Below are positions 9,742 to 18,746 of a DNA stretch of 35,662 bases, piece by piece (position 1 is the first letter of the stretch; each line of letters begins with the position of its first letter). The notes under the pieces are model-generated. The model did not search any database, was not told where the DNA came from, and saw only the letters and a list, made by a program, of their open reading frames with translations. A program made the translations under genes and the position numbers. This stretch comes from an uncultured virus (IMG/VR IMGVR_UViG_3300020050_008348) (Duplodnaviria; Heunggongvirae; Uroviricota; Caudoviricetes). Location: IMG/VR virus record IMGVR_UViG_3300020050_008348; one strand, written 5' to 3'.

Positions 9742-12700
9742 ATGTTAAAGAAAATTAGTATAGTATTCCCATTATTATTTATAGTGGGAATACTATTTTC
9801 TCAAAATATAACATTTTGCACTACTTATAGTATTAGTGGTCAAACTTCATTAGTATCTGGTAACACATATACTGTAAGTGGTAGTGTTACTGATTATAAT
9901 AATATTTATAATGGTGCAAGTGTAGCAGTAGGTGATTCTATCTTTTATATAGAAGATGGTCGAATATATGCAGGTGCTATTACATTAATTAACGGTAGTC
10001 CTGCTGGTAATGCTGTATCTTTTAGATTTTTATCAACAGAAGCACTACTTAGTACAGCCCCAGCAAGTGCTATGAGTGGTCAAGTAGTAATTAGTCGTAA
10101 AAATCCTAAAGGATATTGTGCTGTACCAAGTGGTTGTAATGAAGCATTACGTTGGGCATTAGAGAATAGATTTAAGAAACAACTAAGTACTGATATACTT
10201 GCTGGTAGTGGAAGTACAACAAACGCTATAAGCGGTGTAACTAAAACAGGTGACACAATTCGTTTAGGTGGAGCTTTAACCGCTTCAACTACAATAACAG
10301 GTGGTGGACTACGAGGATTAAATATTACAGGATTAAGCTCTAATGAAATAACTACAACAGTAGGTACAGTATCAGCAGGGTTATATTCTTCTCCAACAAT
10401 CAGTAATATTGGGTATTTCGATACAACCGATAATACTAAAGGTGGAGATATTGAAGTACGTGCAGATAGTATTCGTATGCACAAAGGAGCTGGTAGTACT
10501 CAATCTACAATTACTTTAACTAACACAGGAGTTAATATTAGAGGTGTTGAATTAAATGGTGGTAGTACAGCAGATAGTGTACTTGTTATTGTAGCTGGTA
10601 CAGGACAACTTAAACAAAGAGCTTCTACAACAATTGTTAATAGTAATGCTCCAGCTTTCGTATCAGCAAGTGTACCAGCATTGGGAGGAGTTACAATAGG
10701 TGATAGTCTGTTAACTATGAATGCTTCAACAGGTGCTGTTAGAAAATTAAATGTTGCTGATGTTGGTCAAGACTTTCAAGTAGCCGCAGGTTTAAGCGGT
10801 ACAACAACTAAAAATTACTACACTAACTTAACAGATACTACAAGTTCTCATTTAATCGCAGCGAATACCTATGAGTTTCTACAAGTAAAAGGAAGTACAG
10901 CACCTACAAATACGACAGTAGGAAGCAATACTTATAAGATAACAAGTAACACCATTTGGAATAGAACAGGTTTAGCTATTAATGCAATAACTATTCCATT
11001 CATCTATCAGAATAATGAATGGAAACCACAAAAAGGGCAGTTAGATTGTGACGATTTCGGTGCTATTGGAGATAACTCTACTGATAATTATAGTGCTATG
11101 ACTGCGTATCTTAATTATTGTAGAACATTTCAAAAGAAAGCAATTCTAAGAAAAGGGATATACAAAACTTCGATTGGACTTAATTTCTCTCTTTTAGATA
11201 TTGAAGGAAATGGATGTACAATAAAAAGATGGGAACATGCAGGTACAGCAGGAAATATCACCTCTAATTATACAGGCGGTACAACAGTTAATGTTACGGA
11301 TGGGTCTAAGTTCATAGTTGGTCAATCAGTTAGTATGTGTAGTGGAGATGCAGATAGTTTGCACAATGCTACAAGTGAAAATACAAGAATAATTACGGCA
11401 ATTAGTACAAATGCAATTACAATATCAAGTGCATGGACAACAAGTTACACCACAGGCACAGGTAAGTTATTTACTAATTATACTGTCATTTCTTTCGGCT
11501 CAACGGTTGCGAATCAAGTTGTAGATACTGTAAAAACGGTAGTAGATAATCTTACTTTTGACGGCAACAAAAATAGTGGAATTGTTAACTATGGTTGGTC
11601 TGTTAATACATTCTGCTATGCTGAATATAAAGATGCTGTTTTTAACAATTGTCGTTTTCAGAATATTTCAAATGAAAATATTGTAGCAACTAATAAAGTG
11701 GCTTTCAATAACTGTACAATTAGAAATACAAACGGAGGGTTATTTCACATAACAGGAACATCACCTTACAATACAAGTGCAGGGTCTAATCAAATTATTG
11801 TTGAAGGACTTATTTCAGACAGTACAAACTTAGCTGACCCTACAAAATCTCAACATAGTGAAGCGTTATTTACATATTCCGTAGAAGTGAAAAATGTGAA
11901 GATTAATAACGTTCGCGCCAATTATGGTCGTCAAGCTGTTTTTGGCACAGGTAATATAACATCTGAAAATACAAAGATTACCAATAGCGAGTTTTATAAT
12001 TTTGCTTCAATTGGCTTTGCTCAAAAGAACAAACGTTGGGAGATTCGCAATAATAAATTTCACACTTGCGGTAATTTAAACTTTAACTACTTTCAAAATG
12101 ATGCAATTGATTCTTTAAACTTAGGTGATATTAATATAGAAGGAAATACTTTTATTAATTCAAAACTATTGTTTTCTTATGTGAAAGGCGCGAAAGTGGA
12201 AAGTAACACTTTTTATACTACGCCAGCATATTGGTTTTCATCTTATTCAGTAGAACCTAATCCTCCTGCTATTTATGCTCGTAATGCTCAAATTGCGGTT
12301 GTTGGAGATTGTAGAAATATACGTATTCGTCACAACACATTGACAAAACCTCAATATATCAATACTGAAATGGCAGGGATATATATTGAAACTACTGGTA
12401 ACAGTGGAACGCCTACAACTGGAAGTGGTGTTTTGGTTGCGCCTGAAAACATTGAAGTAAGTAATAATACAGTTAAGGGGTATTTTACAGGCTTACAGTT
12501 AGGTGGGCATTTCACTAATAACGGTGTAGCTTCATTGCTATATGGTACAACAAGAAACATTAAGGGATTCATAGCAAAGAATAATGTCATAATTATGCCC
12601 GACAGTTCGGCATATACTACTACTTCAATTGGCATTCGTGCAACGGCGGGGGTTATGCTAACAAATAATGAAATATATCAAACAACTGCATCCGCACCTA

Positions 12701-14373
12701 ACAACTATTATGGCTTACATGTAACAGGATTTACGGACAATACAAGTTACGGAGCAATTGCTCAATTCAACAAAGTATATCATTCAAGTGCGGTACGTTG
12801 CCAATTATTTGCGGATATGAGTAATACGTGGAATATGAAAATCATGGGCAATGATGTTGGTTCGGCTTGCTTTGACACAACAGGTTTGAATCTAAAAAAT
12901 AATTTCTTTTCTGAATATTATGCGATTGGCACAGCACCTGCACGGAGTTGGACAATAGTAGGTAACGACATATACAGTGCATTAAGTGGGAATGTAGGTA
13001 TCGGTACAACAACGCCACCTAAAAAATTATCAGTAGTTGGAGATGCTGACTTAAACGGATTACGTGTTGGTAGGGGCTTATTGAATAATTCAACAAACAC
13101 AGCAATTGGGCTAAACGCTCTCGACGCAACAACAACAGGGATTCAAAACACCGTTGTAGGTAGTCAAGCGGGAAAATTGATTAATACAGGCAATAATAAC
13201 ACAATAATCGGAGAGTTAGCTGGGTCGGCAATGACAAGCGGCTCGGTTAATACGCTTGTTGGTCGCAATGCTGGAAAGGCATTGACATCTCAATACAGTA
13301 ATGTTGCGGTTGGTACAGATGCGCTTATACTTGCAACCGCCGCAGACAATACTGCACTTGGGGCTTATGCTTTGCAATCAACCATAACAGGCGGAAGAAA
13401 TGTAGGTGTTGGTTATAACGCATTGGGAGCGTCAACAGGTGCAGATAATGTAGGAATTGGATATGGTGCAGGGGCGACTCAAACCGCAGGAGCAAGAAAT
13501 ATTGCAATTGGCAAAGATGCTGCATTACCTTCAACCACAGGCAGCGACCAATTATCAATCGGAAACTGGATTTATGGTATCAACGCGGGTGACATCGGTA
13601 TAGGCACAACAGCACCAACAAGAAAATTGACAGTAGGGGGAAGTACTGCCCCTTATATGTCGTTCAAACCAAATGCAACAAACCAAGAACATACCATTGG
13701 TGTTGATGCTAATGGATTTATGATATATAATGATGTTGTTTCTACATATCGCATGATAATAACTAATGCAGGTCTAATTGGTATTAATACAACGTCTCCA
13801 AGTAATAAATTGACAGTTGATGCTGCAATAGGTGGTACAGGAGACCCTATGAAATTGATAGGATTGAATATCGGTGCAGTTACAGATTCTTTTGTAACTT
13901 CAAATAATGGTGTTTTTAAGCGTATGACTCTTAATGATATGTTAGAAACTACTACTTCATCATTAAGAATACCTCGTGTAACAACAACTCAAAGAGATGC
14001 CCTTAATGGTGCAGCAGGTTCAGTAACAGGAGATGTTATATATAATAGTACCACAGATACTTACCAAGTAGCAGATGGTGCTACAAGCAACTGGATTAAT
14101 TTAGCAACAGGTACAACTACTTATTTTAGTGGAAGTTATGATAATACAATTGCTGCTGGTAGTAGAGATAGTGTAGTTATTACTGTTTCGGGATTGACAA
14201 CTTCTACTGGTGCAGGAAGTGTTTATTATGTAGCAACTGTACATGAATCTGGTATTTTAATTAGTCCTGCTAAAATAGAGAGTGGACAAATAAAGATATA
14301 TTTAGATAACCTAAATCTTATAACAGCTAAAGCATTTGCTGGTGCTTTAAAGGTTATGGTTAGAAGATTATAA
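9742..14373 (+). CDS. Tailspike/fibre-like protein with pectate-lyase-type beta-helix, YadA-head-like repeats and an N-terminal signal-peptide-like segment
   Basis: 1543 aa. DFGAIGDNSTDN beta-helix cap near 11053 followed by Asn-ladder repeats. NTAIGxxAL-type repeats at about 13095-13520. GNVGIGTTTP-type repeats at about 12988, 13588 and 13771. N-terminus is MLKKISIVFPLLFIVGILFS-Q. Confidence 0.75.
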   Translation: MLKKISIVFPLLFIVGILFSQNITFCTTYSISGQTSLVSGNTYTVSGSVTDYNNIYNGASVAVGDSIFYIEDGRIYAGAITLINGSPAGNAVSFRFLSTEALLSTAPASAMSGQVVISRKNPKGYCAVPSGCNEALRWALENRFKKQLSTDILAGSGSTTNAISGVTKTGDTIRLGGALTASTTITGGGLRGLNITGLSSNEITTTVGTVSAGLYSSPTISNIGYFDTTDNTKGGDIEVRADSIRMHKGAGSTQSTITLTNTGVNIRGVELNGGSTADSVLVIVAGTGQLKQRASTTIVNSNAPAFVSASVPALGGVTIGDSLLTMNASTGAVRKLNVADVGQDFQVAAGLSGTTTKNYYTNLTDTTSSHLIAANTYEFLQVKGSTAPTNTTVGSNTYKITSNTIWNRTGLAINAITIPFIYQNNEWKPQKGQLDCDDFGAIGDNSTDNYSAMTAYLNYCRTFQKKAILRKGIYKTSIGLNFSLLDIEGNGCTIKRWEHAGTAGNITSNYTGGTTVNVTDGSKFIVGQSVSMCSGDADSLHNATSENTRIITAISTNAITISSAWTTSYTTGTGKLFTNYTVISFGSTVANQVVDTVKTVVDNLTFDGNKNSGIVNYGWSVNTFCYAEYKDAVFNNCRFQNISNENIVATNKVAFNNCTIRNTNGGLFHITGTSPYNTSAGSNQIIVEGLISDSTNLADPTKSQHSEALFTYSVEVKNVKINNVRANYGRQAVFGTGNITSENTKITNSEFYNFASIGFAQKNKRWEIRNNKFHTCGNLNFNYFQNDAIDSLNLGDINIEGNTFINSKLLFSYVKGAKVESNTFYTTPAYWFSSYSVEPNPPAIYARNAQIAVVGDCRNIRIRHNTLTKPQYINTEMAGIYIETTGNSGTPTTGSGVLVAPENIEVSNNTVKGYFTGLQLGGHFTNNGVASLLYGTTRNIKGFIAKNNVIIMPDSSAYTTTSIGIRATAGVMLTNNEIYQTTASAPNNYYGLHVTGFTDNTSYGAIAQFNKVYHSSAVRCQLFADMSNTWNMKIMGNDVGSACFDTTGLNLKNNFFSEYYAIGTAPARSWTIVGNDIYSALSGNVGIGTTTPPKKLSVVGDADLNGLRVGRGLLNNSTNTAIGLNALDATTTGIQNTVVGSQAGKLINTGNNNTIIGELAGSAMTSGSVNTLVGRNAGKALTSQYSNVAVGTDALILATAADNTALGAYALQSTITGGRNVGVGYNALGASTGADNVGIGYGAGATQTAGARNIAIGKDAALPSTTGSDQLSIGNWIYGINAGDIGIGTTAPTRKLTVGGSTAPYMSFKPNATNQEHTIGVDANGFMIYNDVVSTYRMIITNAGLIGINTTSPSNKLTVDAAIGGTGDPMKLIGLNIGAVTDSFVTSNNGVFKRMTLNDMLETTTSSLRIPRVTTTQRDALNGAAGSVTGDVIYNSTTDTYQVADGATSNWINLATGTTTYFSGSYDNTIAAGSRDSVVITVSGLTTSTGAGSVYYVATVHESGILISPAKIESGQIKIYLDNLNLITAKAFAGALKVMVRRL
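9760..9796 (+). repeat. 16-bp hairpin of the TAGTGGGAA family inside the 5' end of the CDS
   Basis: atagtattcccattat-tattt-atagtgggaatactat, with one G-U pair. Confidence 0.85.
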
Positions 14374-14417
14374 TTATAAAATATAATACAATCAAGTAAA
14401 TTAAAACACAAATTCTT

Positions 14418-14738
14418 ATGGAAAATCAATTTATAAATGTTTTATTAGGTGGTATTGGTACATTAGTAATAACATATCTTGGTAAAGTAGTTATTACAAG
14501 ACGTGAGTTATTTAAATTTGATACTGATTTATTAAAATCAAATTCTGAAATACTTAATAAACATAGTGAGACAATTAGCAATTTACAGTTAACACTTAGT
14601 AGATTAGCTGATGATAATAATACTTTACGAAATCGTGTAAATGATTTAGTTGAAAAAGTAGAAATTCTTGAAAGAGAAAATCGTTCTATTAAAGAGGAAA
14701 ACGAGATACTTAAAATAAAATTAGGAAATAATATCTAA
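14418..14738 (+). CDS. Small membrane-anchored coiled-coil protein (holin- or spanin-like candidate)
   Basis: 106 aa with one N-terminal hydrophobic helix (FINVLLGGIGTLVITYLG) followed by a heptad coiled coil. Confidence 0.5.
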   Translation: MENQFINVLLGGIGTLVITYLGKVVITRRELFKFDTDLLKSNSEILNKHSETISNLQLTLSRLADDNNTLRNRVNDLVEKVEILERENRSIKEENEILKIKLGNNI

Positions 14739-14745
14739 ATAATCT

Positions 14746-14819
14746 TGTTTCCCACTAATATAGATAGTAAGTGTTGAGTTTAATCTTAGCTTCACTACTA
14801 TCTGTATTAGTGGAAAACA
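14746..14819 (+). repeat. Long intergenic hairpin (about 26 bp stem) of the TTCCCACTA family
   Basis: tgtttcccactaatatagatagtaagtg (14746-14773) pairs with cactactatctgtattagtggaaaaca (14793-14819), with one mismatch, one G-U pair and one bulge. Confidence 0.85.
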
Positions 14820-14839
14820 TTATCAAACAATTAATCAAT

Positions 14840-15334
14840 ATGGTAACAGTAACAAATAGCAAATGGAAAGAAGTATTTTCTAATCCAAGTGCATACATCA
14901 CAATTACAGTAATTGCATTAGGACTACTTAAAACAGTAGGTGTAGATGTGGATGTAACTAATGATGGTAACGTAGATGTAAATGATGCAACTACATTAGT
15001 AAATGGTATGTGGCAAAAACATTTATCTGAAATTGCTGCATTTATAGTACCTATTATTGCTGGACTTGCTGGTAAAATAGCTAAAATAAAGATTAATAAA
15101 GCTGATATTATAGCCTATATTAAAACAAGTAATTTTATAATAGCTATATTTAGTTTAGTTGTTCTTATATTAGGTGTTTTCTTGAATAAAGAATTGGTTA
15201 CTGTTATCATGGTAGTTATTGCTAATATACTTAATTTTGTATATCATTTAAATATACCAACAACTACAACAGTAGCAACACCTATTTCACCTATAAATAT
15301 AGACCTTACAAATGACGATAACACAGAACATTAG
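14840..15334 (+). CDS. Multi-pass membrane protein, holin candidate
   Basis: ATG at 14840 preferred, since the GTG at 14771 lies inside the hairpin. About four hydrophobic helices, with a DVTNDGNVDVND loop after the first. Confidence 0.55.
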   Translation: MVTVTNSKWKEVFSNPSAYITITVIALGLLKTVGVDVDVTNDGNVDVNDATTLVNGMWQKHLSEIAAFIVPIIAGLAGKIAKIKINKADIIAYIKTSNFIIAIFSLVVLILGVFLNKELVTVIMVVIANILNFVYHLNIPTTTTVATPISPINIDLTNDDNTEH

Positions 15335-15767
15335 TAGTGGTGTAGTAACATCGCTAACTATTCAGTCTGATTTATTATTACAGCTATCAAGTTTTGTTGG
15401 AAATCAAATAAAACTTATTGTAAAATATGCGTGTAATAGTGAGTATTCTACTATTATTACAAGTAGTAGTACAAATACGTATTTAATTACACCTTCATTT
15501 GTAAGTTTAACTACGTTTCAAGATGGTGTCTATCAAGTAATTTTAGAAGGTACAACAACTACTAATATTATACAAGATGAAAAATGTACATTTATAGATA
15601 CTGTTTTAAAATGTCAAGTATCTGAATTAGTAGCTGCTGATAATATTGAAGCTGGTATATTGTACTATACACTTAAACAAGCTCAAACTTGTGATTGTGC
15701 TTGTACCAACTTATGTGCTATATTCTGTAAATTAAACGGACTATTAAACAATGAGTGTAACTGTTGA
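15312..15767 (+). CDS. Cys-rich structural protein (possible tail hub/fibre-docking protein)
   Basis: 151 aa. FQDGVYQV beta-sandwich motif and a helical C-terminus with CDCAC and ECNC. Confidence 0.45.
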   Translation: MTITQNISSGVVTSLTIQSDLLLQLSSFVGNQIKLIVKYACNSEYSTIITSSSTNTYLITPSFVSLTTFQDGVYQVILEGTTTTNIIQDEKCTFIDTVLKCQVSELVAADNIEAGILYYTLKQAQTCDCACTNLCAIFCKLNGLLNNECNC

Positions 15768-16011
15768 TTGCGTACTTGCTAAAGAAGTAGCTACATATAG
15801 TTTATTAAGTAAACATAGTGTATTAAATAATAGTATTAATCTTACAACTGTAAAAGATTCCATACTAACATTTCTTGATTGTTTACCAGTAAATCAATGT
15901 AGCAACTATGTATATGATTGTGCTACAACTATACCAGCACGATGTAATATAGTTATAAAATTAGATGCTACCACAAGTATCTGTAAAACACCATTAATTC
16001 AATTAATCTAA
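15751..16011 (+). CDS. Small Cys-rich hypothetical protein
   Basis: 86 aa with 6 Cys. Overlaps both neighbours, with TAATG coupling at the 3' end. Confidence 0.55.
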   Translation: MSVTVDCVLAKEVATYSLLSKHSVLNNSINLTTVKDSILTFLDCLPVNQCSNYVYDCATTIPARCNIVIKLDATTSICKTPLIQLI

Positions 16012-17456
16012 TGATAGTTAATAAAATACTTAAAATAAATAATGGTTCAGCACCATATACATATACAGTATTACCGAGTAACTGTATTAGTGTTAGTTCG
16101 TTAACAGGTGTATTAAATGAAAATGAAGCTAAACTTCTAACTTTCAACATTGATGAAGGGTGTTCCCCCACTATTACAATTAGTGTGGTTGACAGCAATG
16201 GTTGTCCTAATACTCTACAATACTCATTTACTAATGTTTGTTCTAATTTAGCATTAACATTAAGTCAAAGTAACTATACTTTTATTGCAACAGCAAGTGG
16301 TGGTAGTGGTGTTTACACTTATCAATGGATATACGATACAGCTAAATTTACAGCAAACAATGATACAAATAGTTCAATTGTACTAACTCCTATTGGTACA
16401 CAAGTAACTAATACTGTTACATGTATTGTCACAGATAGTAATGAATGTACTAAATTATCACAAATTACATTTCAACCATGTAAAGGTACACTTGTAGGAG
16501 CTTTAAGTGAAACATATTGTACAACAGATGCTTATGTAAGTGAAGTAATTGAATTAAAATATATAGGTTGTGATTATCCTAATTGGGATAAATTAGTATT
16601 TGTAGGTATTGATGGTTTATCTGGTGTGAATTGGACATACAATGTAGTTAATTCTACAAGTACATCTATTTTTGTAAGATTCACATTTCCTAAAAAAGAA
16701 ATAACCACTGTACCAAATGTTGTTAAAATAATTGGTACAGTAACAAATAGTTATAATATTATTTCTAATAGTGCTGAAATAAAAATCAACATAAGTGAAT
16801 GTGCTGCTTTTCAAGGAGTAGTTACAGGTATTGGAACAGTTCAAAAAATAGGACAAGGTACACAAGTTGGTCAAAGGTTTCTTAAACCATTAGCTGATTA
16901 TATTACAAGTACATATCCATTAGATTGGGATTCATTTACATTTATAGCAAGTACAGGTCAAACATTTAATAATAAAATTGACATGACTGTACAGGCTGGT
17001 AATCTGTATTTAACTACTAATCACGAAATTTTATTTGAGATTTTTAATACACCTACAAGAGACGTTGAAATAGTTAAATGGACTATTGAAGATATTTATG
17101 GAACTATATCTAATACTGTTCAAGAAATATACATACTAAAAGCGTTAGATGCTCCTACTGTCGCCAATGATTCATTATGTGGTATTACTAATCAATTGTT
17201 TTCAATTAATGGTATATTTACAAATGATACAGGTTATGTAGTTGATTCTTTTTTAGTAACACAACAACCATTACATGGTAATATTGTCATAGATGGTACA
17301 AATATTTACTTCTCACCAGCTATTGATTTTAAAGGTACTGACACATTTAAGTATAAAGTGGCTAATGCAGATGGATTATATTCAGCAGAAGCTACTGTAA
17401 CAATTACTATTATATCAAGTGGTATATCAATTAATACAAACAACATTATTTGCTAA
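16011..17456 (+). CDS. Ig-like repeat protein (SprB/PKD-like N-terminal repeats, Big_9/cadherin-like C-terminal domain)
   Basis: GSAPYTY..., VVDSNGC, ATASGGSGVYTYQW and VTDSNEC repeats. C-terminal APTVANDS...QQPLHGNI...YFSPAIDFKGTDTFKYKV...ATVTITI. Confidence 0.7.
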   Translation: MIVNKILKINNGSAPYTYTVLPSNCISVSSLTGVLNENEAKLLTFNIDEGCSPTITISVVDSNGCPNTLQYSFTNVCSNLALTLSQSNYTFIATASGGSGVYTYQWIYDTAKFTANNDTNSSIVLTPIGTQVTNTVTCIVTDSNECTKLSQITFQPCKGTLVGALSETYCTTDAYVSEVIELKYIGCDYPNWDKLVFVGIDGLSGVNWTYNVVNSTSTSIFVRFTFPKKEITTVPNVVKIIGTVTNSYNIISNSAEIKINISECAAFQGVVTGIGTVQKIGQGTQVGQRFLKPLADYITSTYPLDWDSFTFIASTGQTFNNKIDMTVQAGNLYLTTNHEILFEIFNTPTRDVEIVKWTIEDIYGTISNTVQEIYILKALDAPTVANDSLCGITNQLFSINGIFTNDTGYVVDSFLVTQQPLHGNIVIDGTNIYFSPAIDFKGTDTFKYKVANADGLYSAEATVTITIISSGISINTNNIIC

Positions 17457-18667
17457 TGATAAATCTATATTCGTATATCGTAAATTATACAACAGGTGGT
17501 ACATGGACTAATATATTATATCCATCTACTGCACCTACAATTAGTGGTGGTAATGTTGATTTTACATCTTTACCAAAAGGTGAATATGTATTTAGATATA
17601 GAGTTATTAGTAGTAGCTGCACATCAGATACACTTGTAACTATTACTAAATTTGGGATTACTCTCACTAATACTTCTACTACTTGTACTAAAACATTATC
17701 GTTATACAATAGTAATAATGAAGTAAATAAGTTAGATGTTTATACTAAACCAGATAGCAAATATATTTTTGCAAGTGTGACTGAATTAATTGATTCATCT
17801 TGTAATGCAAGTATTAGTAAGACATTTAATAATGAAGCTACTGGTGAGGAAGGTACAAGAGGTAAAATTTACTACACACATACATTTCCAGCAGTTACAG
17901 GTACTTATGTAAAGAATCTTAAAGTAACAGATAATGTATCAAATGTAGCAGTTAATCTTAATTTGAATCCAACTACTACACCATATCTTAATCCAGCATT
18001 ACCGTGTACTACTCCTGTTGTACAAGCAGATTTATATTTTGGACAATTAGGTTATGCTACACAATTACGTAATTTGATTAAAAATGCGATGTGTGTTTTA
18101 TATGGGGCTACTACTGATAATTATGATGTTATAGTTACTACTGGTAGCTCTGATATTAAAATTAAAATAGGTTGTAAAAATAATCCATCTGGTTTATGGG
18201 TTGGTATTCAATCATCATTAGCTACACCAAATACAGATACAGCAGTATATAATGATACTACTACTGACCATACTACATATCCTACATTTGAAATACTACC
18301 TGTATCATTAGCTATACTTGAAGATGTAAGTTGTGCTGTTGGTTTAACAACACAACCATATGTTAATTTTACGATTGATACAGTTAACTCTAATTATCTG
18401 AACATAATTCTTACAGCATACTCTTTTAATATTAGTGGGAATCTATTAGGTTCACCTGTATTAACTACTAACTGTAATAATTACATATTAAAAGTTACAG
18501 CTAATACAAATTGTCCTACTCAAACAATCACATGGTTACGTAATGGTGTTGGACATAATGAACAAAATGTTGATACACTCACAGTACTTGAAAGTCAAAC
18601 AGGTGTTTACACAGCAGTTGTTGATTGTGAAGGTTGTTCTAAAACTGAATCAGTTACAATAACATAA
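17456..18667 (+). CDS. Beta-rich structural/adhesin-like protein with Ig-like terminal domains
   Basis: ATG at 17456 overlaps the previous TAA (TAATG). GGTWT...DFTSLPKGEYVFRY at the N-terminus and ITWLRNG...TLTV...GVYTAVVDC (Ig-like) at the C-terminus. Confidence 0.6.
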   Translation: MINLYSYIVNYTTGGTWTNILYPSTAPTISGGNVDFTSLPKGEYVFRYRVISSSCTSDTLVTITKFGITLTNTSTTCTKTLSLYNSNNEVNKLDVYTKPDSKYIFASVTELIDSSCNASISKTFNNEATGEEGTRGKIYYTHTFPAVTGTYVKNLKVTDNVSNVAVNLNLNPTTTPYLNPALPCTTPVVQADLYFGQLGYATQLRNLIKNAMCVLYGATTDNYDVIVTTGSSDIKIKIGCKNNPSGLWVGIQSSLATPNTDTAVYNDTTTDHTTYPTFEILPVSLAILEDVSCAVGLTTQPYVNFTIDTVNSNYLNIILTAYSFNISGNLLGSPVLTTNCNNYILKVTANTNCPTQTITWLRNGVGHNEQNVDTLTVLESQTGVYTAVVDCEGCSKTESVTIT

Positions 18668-18695
18668 GAAATACATTTACATAGTTACCTTGTTG

Positions 18696-18739
18696 AAAAG
18701 AATGATGAACTTATTTGGTCATTGTTCTTTTTTTGTTTT
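18696..18739 (+). terminator. Intrinsic terminator-like hairpin ending the fibre block
   Basis: aaaagaatgatga (18696-18708) pairs with tcattgttctttt (18719-18731), 13 bp with 2 G-U pairs, running into a T tract. Confidence 0.6.
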
Positions 18740-18746
18740 ATCTTTG
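18714..18746 (+). promoter_or_regulatory. Bacteroidota primary-sigma promoter TTTG-N21-TATCTTTG
   Basis: TTTG at 18714-18717 and TATCTTTG at 18739-18746, spacer 21 nt. Matches the -33/-7 consensus TTTG-N19-21-TAnnTTTG. Confidence 0.7.

Noticed and set aside
14771..14839. Hydrophobic N-terminal extension MLSLILASLLSVLV from the GTG start
   Set aside because: It is a translation of the repeat hairpin. The ATG at 14840 with an A-rich leader is the more plausible start.
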